Source: an uncultured Clostridia bacterium
Lineage (GTDB): Bacteria; Bacillota; Clostridia; TANB77; CAG-508
Length of the DNA stretch: 40,761 nucleotides
Direction of reading: 5' to 3'
Assembly: GCA_944386355.1 (NCBI GenBank)
Contig: CALXAU010000003.1
Span: 1-40,761, forward strand
Shown piece by piece: positions 20,388-29,047 of this stretch (positions are counted from its first letter, which is position 1; each line of letters begins with the position of its first letter). The translations under genes were made by a program, and so were the position numbers. The notes under the pieces were generated by a model. It saw only the letters and a program-made list of their open reading frames with translations. It did no database searches and had not been told where the DNA came from.

Positions 20388-21495
20388 CTATTTTACAAAT
20401 ATTGTTTTTTGTCTTTTTCCACTAATATTTAATAACAAACCTATACAAATAAAATTTGTAATTAACGAACTTCCTCCATAGCTTATAAAAGGTAGTGGAA
20501 CACCTGTTATCGGAAGTAAGCCCATAACCATTCCTATATTTTCTATCATATGGAACAAAAATACTCCTGCTATTCCAGATGCTATTAACATTCCATTTTC
20601 ATCTTTTGCAGTTTTAGCAACATAAAAACATTTTGTTATTAAAAGCACATATAAAATAATAATTGTTCCAGATACTATAAATCCCATTTCTTCACCTATC
20701 ACTGAGAATATAAAATCTGTAGTTTTTGGATATAAAAATCCTAATTGTGTTTGGTTACCTTTAAAAAGTCCCATTCCTGTAAGTCCACCTGCCCCAATTG
20801 CTAATTTGGATTGTATTATATTATATCCGAGCACCTCTTGGATCTGTTTCTGGATTTAAAAATATATCTATTCTTTTTTTTGCATGTTCTGGAAGAACAA
20901 ATAGGTATAAAAGTGGCACTGTTATAATAACTATAAGTAATGTTGATATTATATATTTTTTATCTATTCCAGCAGTATAAATCATGAAAGCTGTTCCTAT
21001 TATGAATGCACATGCTGTACCATAATCTGGTTGCTTTACTATTAAAAGTACTGGCACTGCCAATACTAATAATATTAGCATTATTCTTGTTGGTTTATTT
21101 ATATTACTTTTTGATTTTATTTGTATTTTTCCTATAATAAATGCTAAAAACAATATAACAGAAATTTTAGCAAATTCTCCTGGTTGTAATGAAAATGAAC
21201 CAATATCAAACCAGCTTGTTGCACCATTTATTGGTTCTGTAAACAGAACTGCTATTAATAAAATAACAAAAATCCCATAAAAAAATGGTGAAAATTTTAC
21301 AAGTAGTTCATAATCTATACACATAACAATAAGCATTATAACAATACTTGCTACTGCCCATATACATTGTTTTTTAAAATCATCATATTCTGTTTCCTGG
21401 GTTGCAGAAAATAATGCAACTAATCCAATTAAAGTTAAGATAATTGCTATTATTAGTAAACCCCATTCCATATTTTTTAATTCTCTTTTTCTCAT
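20388..21495 (-). CDS. rodA: Rod shape-determining SEDS protein RodA, split by a +1 frameshift at CGG (20829-20827)
   Basis: LQPGEFAK, QPDYGT, DPRGA/GYNIIQS, TDFIFSVIGEE, TGVPLPFISYGGSS. Removing one base at GCT-C-GGA gives 368 aa. Confidence 0.92.
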
Positions 21496-21520
21496 TTGCT
21501 CTCTCTTTTTCTAAAAAATT

Positions 21521-22183
21521 TTATGAAACATCTTTTTTTTGATTATTATTTTTTTCTTTTTCATTTTTATCATTTTTTTTCTCGATTTTTTCATTTTTCA
21601 AATCTTCTTCTGATTCTTCATTTTTTTTCTCTGTTATTTGTTTACTTGTATTTTCTATTTGTATATCAAATTCTTGTTTTTTAATATTTTGATTATCTTC
21701 CTCTTTTTCTGATTCTTTTTTACTTTTTTCCTCATTTTCTTTTATTTCATTTTCAGTTTTTTCTTCTACTTTTTCTTTATTTTCTATAATTGTATTTTTT
21801 TGTTGTTTAACTTCTATTTTACTATCTTCATTTTCAATGTTCTTTTTATCTGTTCCATTTTTATTCAAATTTCTATCGATTTTTCTTGCTTCATTTTTTA
21901 TATTTAAAATAGGAATATTTGCATATAAAGTGGGAGCTCCAACTATTCCATTTTCTGTTTCCTTTGTGAGTTTCACATCTATTGCACTTTCATCTATTTC
22001 TATATATTTTTTTATTACTTCTATTATTTCTTGTTTCATTAATTCTAGGAAATCTGCTGATACATTTGCTCTATCTTGAGTAAGAACTAAGTGTAATCTC
22101 TCTTTTGCTGCATTTTTTGAATTTTGAGTTTTTTCTTCTACTTTTTTTGCTTTTTTGAAGAAATTCATTATTGTTTCAAACAT
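21521..22183 (-). CDS. minE: Cell division topological specificity factor MinE with a long charged C-terminal tail
   Basis: SKNAAKERLHLVLTQDR, EIIEVIKKYIEID, LYANIPI, then about 125 aa of E/K/N low complexity. Confidence 0.9.
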   Translation of the reverse strand: MFETIMNFFKKAKKVEEKTQNSKNAAKERLHLVLTQDRANVSADFLELMKQEIIEVIKKYIEIDESAIDVKLTKETENGIVGAPTLYANIPILNIKNEARKIDRNLNKNGTDKKNIENEDSKIEVKQQKNTIIENKEKVEEKTENEIKENEEKSKKESEKEEDNQNIKKQEFDIQIENTSKQITEKKNEESEEDLKNEKIEKKNDKNEKEKNNNQKKDVS

Positions 22184-22205
22184 TATTTACTCCTCCACTT
22201 TTGTA

Positions 22206-22997
22206 TTATTTTTTTAATAATCTTTTTATTTTAGCAAAAAATCCCTTTTCTTTTCCTGGTATTGTTACCTCAATTTTCTCTCCTAATACTCTTTTTGCAA
22301 TCTCAATATATGCTTTTCCAGAAGGAGCTTTTCTATTTTGTATAACAGGTTCTCCTTTATTTGTTTGTGTAATAATATATTCATCATCTGGAACTACACC
22401 AATTAAATCTATTGACAATAAATCAACTATATCGTCTACATCCATCATTTCGCCTTTTCTAACCATATTAGGTCTTATCCTATTTATTACTAGTTCAGGA
22501 TTTTTTATTTCTGATGATTCTAATAATCCAATTATTCTATCAGCATCTCTTATTGCTGATATTTCAGCAGTTGTTACTACTATTGCTCTATTTGCTCCCG
22601 CTATAGCATTTTTAAATCCTTGCTCTATTCCTGCTGGACAATCTATTAATATATAGTCAAATTCTTCTTTTAGTTTTCCTACTAATTCTTTCATTTGTTC
22701 TTCGTTTACTGCACTTTTATCTCTTGTTTGGGCTGCTGGTAAAAGGTATAGTTCCTTAAATCTTTTGTCTTTTATAAGGGCTTGTCTTAATTTGCATTTT
22801 TCTTCTACTACATCTACTATGTCATATACTATTCTGTTTTCTAATCCCATTACAACATCTAAATTTCTAAGTCCTATATCTGTATCTACTAATACTACTT
22901 TTTTTCCCTCTAAAGCTAAACTAGATCCTAAATTTGCTGTTGTTGTTGTTTTTCCTACTCCACCTTTTCCAGATGTTATAACTATTACTTCTCCCAT
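22206..22997 (-). CDS. minD: Septum site-determining ATPase MinD
   Basis: SGKGGVGKTT, DIGLRNLD, DCPAGIE, RDADR, C-terminal amphipathic helix. Confidence 0.97.
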   Translation of the reverse strand: MGEVIVITSGKGGVGKTTTTANLGSSLALEGKKVVLVDTDIGLRNLDVVMGLENRIVYDIVDVVEEKCKLRQALIKDKRFKELYLLPAAQTRDKSAVNEEQMKELVGKLKEEFDYILIDCPAGIEQGFKNAIAGANRAIVVTTAEISAIRDADRIIGLLESSEIKNPELVINRIRPNMVRKGEMMDVDDIVDLLSIDLIGVVPDDEYIITQTNKGEPVIQNRKAPSGKAYIEIAKRVLGEKIEVTIPGKEKGFFAKIKRLLKK

Positions 22998-23156
22998 AAA
23001 TTTCCTCCTATAGAAAATTATTTTTATGTATTGTGCATTTTTTTAACATTACTATCATACAATGAAACTGTTAAAAAGTCAATGTATTTTACATAAAAAT
23101 AGAGCCATTTTTAAAAATATTTTACAAGCCACATCTACATTCATTTTTTGTACATT

Positions 23157-23313
23157 AGCAAATGATATGTGTATATTTTTAAGTAATCACCATTTAAGAA
23201 AATTTACTTCACATATGTTCAAACAACTCCTTAAAAGATCCACATAATATCCTTCAAAATATATACACATATCATTTGCTATCTATATAATTTTCACAGT
23301 TGTGATTTGTAAC
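23157..23313. repeat. Family A element, copy with inverted core
   Basis: Arms TAGCAAATGATATGTGTATATTTT / AAAATATATACACATATCATTTGCTA, core is the reverse complement of the 15797 core, ends TGTGATTTGTAAC. Confidence 0.8.
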
Positions 23314-23355
23314 AAAAATATTCCCTTTTTGAAATCCTTATAAAATAACTCTATA

Positions 23356-23421
23356 TGAACAAAAGCGACATGATTAAAATTATTTGACCTTTTAGTTTAG
23401 TTGTATGTCTCGTCTTTGTTC
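23356..23421. repeat. 66-bp hairpin repeat (family B)
   Basis: TGAACAAAAGCGACATG...CCTTTTAGTTTAGTT..ATGT..CGT.TTTGTTC; same-length copy at 28162-28227. Confidence 0.8.
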
Positions 23422-23516
23422 GTGTGTTAATAGATAATATTTTAAACTAGAAATAATTTAAAAAGTAGGTAATTATAATTTTTTATTTTATATTAACCAT
23501 TGTCTAGTAAAGTTTA

Positions 23517-23543
23517 TACCTCCCATTTAAAAAATGGGAGGTA
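23517..23543 (-). terminator. Stem-loop, likely terminator of the pilin-like gene
   Basis: TACCTCCCATTT / AAATGGGAGGTA 12-bp stem just downstream of the stop at 23556. Confidence 0.7.
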
Positions 23544-23555
23544 ATGTCTTTTATT

Positions 23556-25310
23556 TTAAAAAATAGTAATTCTAAATCCTACATTATTAAAAGTATCTTT
23601 TTCTGTTATATTACTTCTTTGTGATAAAGTAGTATTTTCTTTAGTATCATCTATATAGCTTCCACCTCTTATAGTACATGGTGTTTCTGTTTGATTTGAT
23701 TTTTCTAGTGTGAGCTCTGCAATATTTCCTGCCAAATCATATATGTTTTGTATTTCAGTTTTATTTGTAGAGCCTGTTGTAAATAGAATGCTTTGTGTTG
23801 AATTTTTTTCATATCCATTTTCTACAGATACATCTGTCCATTGATTCTCATCATCAGGATTATTTGTATATTTCCCTTGTGTTGCTTTAAATGTCGAATT
23901 TTTGTAATTTCCAATTTCTGTACTATCTTCTTTTATTTCTACTAGAGTTTTAGTATTTGATTTTTCTATAAATTTACATATTAAATCCCATTGAATACCA
24001 AATAAAATACTTGTTGTTTTATTTTCTATCATTTGTTTTTGTGCTATTTTTTGTGCTTGATTACAATTTATATAATTATATGGATACTTATTTCTTACTG
24101 ATGTTGAATTTCCAAATGTTTCAATTATTTGTTCTGCTGTATTAGTATATGACCCTGATGCTTTTGGTAATTGTGAACCTGCTTCATATCTTGATATATA
24201 AAATCCACCATTTTCTTTTATACTATTTAACATTTCTTCTTTTAATTTATTATACTCTTCTTGAGAAAGACCACATCCGTCATACCATTCATCTGTATAT
24301 CCTTCGCTTGTATATTCTTTAGCATAATTTTTTAAAGCTTCTTCTATCTGCTGTGTGTTTTCCGCATTTGCAGTTATACTCTTTGAAACTGGTATCCATA
24401 CATATTCATTTTTTGTACTTTCTTGCATAACTACAAGTCCATTTTTTATTTGATTATATTGAGATAAAAGATTTACTTTAAATCCTTTAGGTATATATGC
24501 TTTCTGTCCATTCTCATCTACATAAATTTCTTCATTTTCGTATGTTAAACTCCAAATATCGCTTTCTTCTAATTTTATATAGATTATTTCATCTGATGAT
24601 ACATTTTTAAAATAACCATTGTATTTATTAACACTTATTATAAAATCATCTATTTCTGCTGTGTTTATATTTTTTATATTATTTTTTTCCATTTCTTCTT
24701 TAGTCATTGTATATGCAATTGGTGTCCAAATATATTTATTTGTTCCACTTTTTTCTTGTATCTGGATATTTTCGTTATTGTCTTTTCCTATATATATATA
24801 ATCTTTTGGTATTTTTATTCCTTCTACATTTCTTAAATCTATCATTACATTGTCTAGTTCTTCTTCATTAGTATAATAAATTTTTCCGTCAGCTTGTACA
24901 CCTTTTACATAGAATATATTATGTGTGTAATTATTCATTATATATATATCTTCTAAGTCTTGAGATTGTGTTTGTTTTATTGAATCATAATCTCTACCAT
25001 AATTTAAAGTAACTCCTTCTAATTTTTCTAAATCTATAACATAAAATTGCCCTTTTTCATCTTTTTCAGTTTTTGGTAAATTATTTGTATTTTCATACAA
25101 TATATCAATTGGTAGTTCTTCTTTTTCTGAATAATATGTGGATATTTTTTCACTTAATAAATCAATATCATTATATAAATTTGTTATTTTTTCAATTTGT
25201 ACACTATCTTTTGCATTGTATATTAATATATTTGTTATTATAATTAATATTATAATTGCTAATCCTAAAGTTATTAATGATACCCCTTTTTCTGCTCTAT
25301 ATTTTATCAT
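23556..25310 (-). CDS. Pilin-like (class III signal) surface protein with C-terminal FGE-sulfatase/CLec-like domain
   Basis: KG|VSLITLGLAIIILIII N-terminus; GFYISRYEA, IYDLAGNIAE, RGGSY, VGFR; start at ATG25310 after an AAGGAG RBS. Confidence 0.75.
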   Translation of the reverse strand: MIKYRAEKGVSLITLGLAIIILIIITNILIYNAKDSVQIEKITNLYNDIDLLSEKISTYYSEKEELPIDILYENTNNLPKTEKDEKGQFYVIDLEKLEGVTLNYGRDYDSIKQTQSQDLEDIYIMNNYTHNIFYVKGVQADGKIYYTNEEELDNVMIDLRNVEGIKIPKDYIYIGKDNNENIQIQEKSGTNKYIWTPIAYTMTKEEMEKNNIKNINTAEIDDFIISVNKYNGYFKNVSSDEIIYIKLEESDIWSLTYENEEIYVDENGQKAYIPKGFKVNLLSQYNQIKNGLVVMQESTKNEYVWIPVSKSITANAENTQQIEEALKNYAKEYTSEGYTDEWYDGCGLSQEEYNKLKEEMLNSIKENGGFYISRYEAGSQLPKASGSYTNTAEQIIETFGNSTSVRNKYPYNYINCNQAQKIAQKQMIENKTTSILFGIQWDLICKFIEKSNTKTLVEIKEDSTEIGNYKNSTFKATQGKYTNNPDDENQWTDVSVENGYEKNSTQSILFTTGSTNKTEIQNIYDLAGNIAELTLEKSNQTETPCTIRGGSYIDDTKENTTLSQRSNITEKDTFNNVGFRITIF

Positions 25311-25445
25311 TGGTATTCTCCTTTTCTTGTTTTTATATATATTTTTATACACTTATATTATCATATATACATTTTTTTTTCAATTTTTTTATTACTTTTA
25401 TTTAATGTAAAGTTACTAATTAATGTTTTTTCACTTCTTATTACT

Positions 25446-25541
25446 CAAAAGTATTGATATATTAATATTTTGCAGGCAAGACCCAGATTGTTATACCTCA
25501 GCTATGTTTTGCCAAATAATATTAATATATCAATACTTTTG
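25446..25541. repeat. Perfect 24-bp inverted repeat
   Basis: CAAAAGTATTGATATATTAATATT at 25446-25469 and its reverse complement at 25518-25541. Confidence 0.85.
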
Positions 25542-25650
25542 TTATTTATCATTAAAATCATTAACTAGTAATAAGGTAAAAGTTACAAGATAATGGTTTT
25601 GTCTAAATATATAGTTTGAGCTTTATCTATTTAGTAAAAGCCGTCAAATT

Positions 25651-26307
25651 TTAAGAAATATCTCTATCATTTAAAGCATCATATATTTTATTCCTTATAA
25701 CATATCTTTTTTCTTCTTTTAAAAAGATAATCCATAAATAAATAATAATTATAAATATAGCAAAGTTTTTAAGGAATAAAATACTAAAACTTGCAAAAAT
25801 AGTAACTATTGATAATGTTATTTTTGATATTATATTTATATATTTTTGTGCTTTTTTATTTCCTAGAAAAATATGTAAAAAACCTTTTAATATTCTACCA
25901 CCATCTAAAGGATATAGTGGTAATAAATTAAATACAATTAACAATATGTTCGTATATAAAATTATTAAATTAGTAATAATGTCTTTATTAAATAGTATTG
26001 AAATAACTATTATTAATATATTTGTTAAAGGACCTGCAAATGCAACAACTATTTTTTTGCATTCTAACTTATTTGCTTTTTTTACTTTTAAATTATAATC
26101 TTCTGGTTTTAATTTAAAAGAAACGGTTAATCCATATGGCATTAATTCTATTTTTTCAGGTTTCATTCCTAATATAATACCTGTTATAAGGTGTCCTAAC
26201 TCATGAATTATTGCAAATATCATCATTAAGCTATATGTTTGTATTTGTTTGGTAAAATAAAATAATATAAAAAATAAAAATATCTTTAAATCAATTCTAA
26301 ATCTCAT
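25651..26307 (-). CDS. spoIVFB: Site-2 metalloprotease, SpoIVFB-like (M50)
   Basis: HELGH, AGPLTN, FNLLPLYPLDGG; downstream of an M23 gene. Confidence 0.85.
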   Translation of the reverse strand: MRFRIDLKIFLFFILFYFTKQIQTYSLMMIFAIIHELGHLITGIILGMKPEKIELMPYGLTVSFKLKPEDYNLKVKKANKLECKKIVVAFAGPLTNILIIVISILFNKDIITNLIILYTNILLIVFNLLPLYPLDGGRILKGFLHIFLGNKKAQKYINIISKITLSIVTIFASFSILFLKNFAIFIIIIYLWIIFLKEEKRYVIRNKIYDALNDRDIS

Positions 26308-26350
26308 TTTTCAATTCATACCTTTCTCGCTTCAATCAAAGGTACACATA
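26308..26350 (-). repeat. Leader/RBS cassette repeat (family C)
   Basis: TATGTGTACCTTTGATTGAAGCGAGAAAGGTATGAATTGAAAA-ATG. Confidence 0.7.
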
Positions 26351-26387
26351 GGAATGAAATTACCTTCTTAAAAACTAAGATTTTTTT

Positions 26388-27287
26388 CTATAAATCCAAT
26401 ATTTTTTGTGGATCTATAGTTCTTTCCTGATATCTAATTTCAAAATGCAAATGTGGACCTGTTGAGTTTCCTGTTGAACCAACTTCTGCTATTTCCTGAC
26501 CCTGAGTTATTTTATCTCCTTGTTTTACATATAAATTATTACAATGTGCATATATTATACTTACTTCTCCAATTTGAATTTTTAAATGCTTTCCATAATC
26601 TCCTTGCTCAGATGATAAAACAACTTCTCCGTCTGTTGCTGCTTTTATTTTTGTTCCTGTATTTGCTGCAATATCTGTTCCTGTATGATTTTTAGGAACT
26701 GTGCTTGTTGTTGGCTCTCTTTGTCCAAATTTAGAACTTATTATTCCTTCTACTGGTTTTATAAAACTTGTTGTTTCTTTTATTGCTTTAATATCTTTTT
26801 CTTCTTGTGTTAATTCTGTTTGCTCACTTGTTGTATCTATATTATTTGTATCATTGTTATTATCTGTTGTTTTATTATCTTGTACCTCTTCATTTACAAC
26901 TTCATTTTCTACTGCTCCACCAATGCTTTCTTCTGGTGTAATTACATTCATTTCTTCTTCATTGTTTTTTTCCTTATTCACAAATTGAAGTATCCATTGT
27001 TTTGCATTTTCATATAATTGTGGAAAATTTGTATCATATGATAATATTTCTTTCGCTTTATTTGTAAAATCTTGTGAAAAAATATAATTATTATTTTGTA
27101 TATTGTAAAATATAAAATATATTAATAAACATGCAATTATTTGCAATATTAATCTCTTTAATAATTTTATATCTTTTTTTTCTTCCTGAGGAATTGTTAC
27201 TCTTCTTCTATCTTCATTCCCCATTCTTCTGTTATATATCTCTTCTGCTCTTTTTATTCTTTCTTCTACAGATAAAGTTCTTTCCAT
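26388..27287 (-). CDS. M23 peptidase-domain membrane protein (SpoIVFA-like position)
   Basis: TM segment, HTGTD, YAHC, STGPHLHFE; start at ATG27287 after GAGGTG. Confidence 0.88.
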   Translation of the reverse strand: MERTLSVEERIKRAEEIYNRRMGNEDRRRVTIPQEEKKDIKLLKRLILQIIACLLIYFIFYNIQNNNYIFSQDFTNKAKEILSYDTNFPQLYENAKQWILQFVNKEKNNEEEMNVITPEESIGGAVENEVVNEEVQDNKTTDNNNDTNNIDTTSEQTELTQEEKDIKAIKETTSFIKPVEGIISSKFGQREPTTSTVPKNHTGTDIAANTGTKIKAATDGEVVLSSEQGDYGKHLKIQIGEVSIIYAHCNNLYVKQGDKITQGQEIAEVGSTGNSTGPHLHFEIRYQERTIDPQKILDL

Positions 27288-27350
27288 AAAAAACACCTCT
27301 TCCTTTGTTTCTTTTTAAAATATATGCAAGGAAAAAGGTTTTATGTTTTT

Positions 27351-27695
27351 CTATTTAAAAAAAATAATTAAAGTTTCTAGAAATATAATAAAACTAGATA
27401 AATAAGCATACTTTTTTAGTCTTTCATATTTCCTTTTATTTTTCTGACTTATTCTTTCTTCTTTTTTATTATCTTCAATTTTTGATAAATATTGTGATAC
27501 TACCATTTCAGCTTCTTTAAAAATATAATCTTTTTCTTTTTTATCTATTTTTTGTGCCTCTGTATTTTGTATTTTTTCTATTTTTTCTAATTTTTTTACT
27601 CTCTTATTTGCTTTTAAAATTACAATTGCTTCTTCAACTATATTAGATGGTAAATTTCTTAAAACTACCATATTTTTTAAATTACTTGTTTCCAT
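27351..27695 (-). CDS. Hypothetical protein with C-terminal TM helix
   Basis: AGGAGG RBS; LPSNIVEEAIVILK and EAEMVV motifs. Confidence 0.7.
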   Translation of the reverse strand: METSNLKNMVVLRNLPSNIVEEAIVILKANKRVKKLEKIEKIQNTEAQKIDKKEKDYIFKEAEMVVSQYLSKIEDNKKEERISQKNKRKYERLKKYAYLSSFIIFLETLIIFFK

Positions 27696-27746
27696 TTATA
27701 CCTCCTAAAATATGTATTAATATTATTTTTTCCAAATTTTAGAAAG

Positions 27747-27995
27747 TTATTCATTTATAGTTGGTGTTATTACAATATTTATTTTACTATCATTTTTATA
27801 TTTAGGTATAAGATTTTGTGAAAAACTAGCAAGTTCATTTGTTATTATTATTGTATTATAATTCTTAATTTTTAGCTCTTCTATTTTTTCATCTATTTGC
27901 TCAGGTTCTTGTATTTCAAATACATCCATTCCAAAATTCTTTGCCATTTTATAGGAATTTTTATCATTCCTTGTTTTTATAAAAGATATTTTCAT
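27747..27995 (-). CDS. Small protein resembling V/A-type ATPase subunit F
   Basis: MKISFI...FGMDVF....EQI...IEEL...NY..IIIT.ELA...IVITP pattern. Confidence 0.45.
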   Translation of the reverse strand: MKISFIKTRNDKNSYKMAKNFGMDVFEIQEPEQIDEKIEELKIKNYNTIIITNELASFSQNLIPKYKNDSKINIVITPTINE

Positions 27996-28127
27996 TTCAT
28001 TTTTAATAATAACTTTTAATTATTATCTACCCTCCCTATATTATTTTTATTTAATTTATTATTTGCTTATTTTCTTGTTTTATTCTTTTATCTTATTAAA
28101 TTCCATTCCTTTTTCTCTTAATAGTTG

Positions 28128-28163
28128 CAGTTATAGGAAAATCTTCAATTTTTCCTATAACTG
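28128..28163. repeat. 14-bp inverted repeat abutting a family B element
   Basis: CAGTTATAGGAAAA / TTTTCCTATAACTG. Confidence 0.7.
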
Positions 28164-28227
28164 AACAAAAGCGACATGCTTAACAATCTTTGTCCTTTTA
28201 GTTTAGTTTCATGTTGCGTATTTGTTC
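28162..28227. repeat. 66-bp hairpin repeat (family B)
   Basis: Colinear with 23356-23421. Confidence 0.8.
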
Positions 28228-28305
28228 GCGCGCCGATTTTACGCAATTAAAATTGTGTGCCTTTTGTTCAATGTTTTTCATAGTATATATTAAGAGGTGT
28301 TATTT

Positions 28306-28971
28306 ATGTTACTTTCTTTATTTATTTTAGCTTTTTCAAGTAGTATTGATTCATTAGGTATTGGAATTACATATGGTATAAAAAATACTAAAATTTCTTG
28401 TTTAAGTAAAATTATTTTATTTTGTATTTCTATTGGAATTAATTTTATTTCGATTTGTTGTGGGAAATTTTTGAATACTCTTCTATCTGCTGGTTTTGCA
28501 AATATTATTGGTAATTTAATACTTATTTTTATTGGTATTATTATTTTGTTTCAGACATTAAAAAAAGATGATGCCAACAATATTATTCAAAAAAATATTT
28601 GTACTACGTCAATATGGCAAGAAGAAAAAATGTATACTTTTTTTATTAAGTTTTTGGGAATAACTATAAAAATTATTAAACATCCTATTTATTCAGATTT
28701 AGATAATTCAAATAAAATAGAACCTAGAGAAGCATTATTTTTAGGTATTGCTCTTTCTTTAGATAGTTTTTGTATAGGTATTGGTGGAAGTATTTTAGGT
28801 GTAAATTATAGTATTTTTCCTTTTTTGGTTGCTTTTTTTCAACTAATTTTTTTAAGTTTAGGAAATTTTTTAGGAAGAAAGTTATATAAACTTCGCAAAC
28901 TTCCTGACAATATCTACTCTTCTATTTCTGGTTTATTATTAATTATTATTGGTTTGTTTAGAATTTTTTAA
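28306..28971 (+). CDS. ytaF: Sporulation membrane protein YtaF (MntP family)
   Basis: SSIDSLGIGITYG, D.DNS..I...EA..LGIALSLDS; ATG28306 after GAGGTG. Confidence 0.85.
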   Translation: MLLSLFILAFSSSIDSLGIGITYGIKNTKISCLSKIILFCISIGINFISICCGKFLNTLLSAGFANIIGNLILIFIGIIILFQTLKKDDANNIIQKNICTTSIWQEEKMYTFFIKFLGITIKIIKHPIYSDLDNSNKIEPREALFLGIALSLDSFCIGIGGSILGVNYSIFPFLVAFFQLIFLSLGNFLGRKLYKLRKLPDNIYSSISGLLLIIIGLFRIF

Positions 28972-29041
28972 TTTCTGCTATATGAAACACTACCTCCACT
29001 ACGGACTTTCACCGATTAGTTAAACAACATGCCTGTCGCAC
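28972..29041 (-). mobile_element. 5' remnant of a group II (class C-like) intron
   Basis: Starts GTGCGACAGGCATG, contains CGGTGAAAGTCCG, lies 6 nt after the U-tract of the iscS terminator; no RT ORF or domain V/VI seen. Confidence 0.7.
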
Positions 29042-29047
29042 TAACAG

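Noticed and set aside
12476-21495. Calling rodA and the spermidine synthase fusion ordinary pseudogenes, or four separate genes
   Set aside because: Each has a single identical lesion with intact motifs on both sides, and the downstream ORF starts lack a clear RBS and fall mid-domain
23062-23247. 61-aa ORF on the plus strand
   Set aside because: Mostly overlaps the family A palindrome, with no RBS or recognisable motif
23556-25541. Complete diversity-generating retroelement
   Set aside because: No reverse transcriptase, accessory gene or template repeat seen in the window
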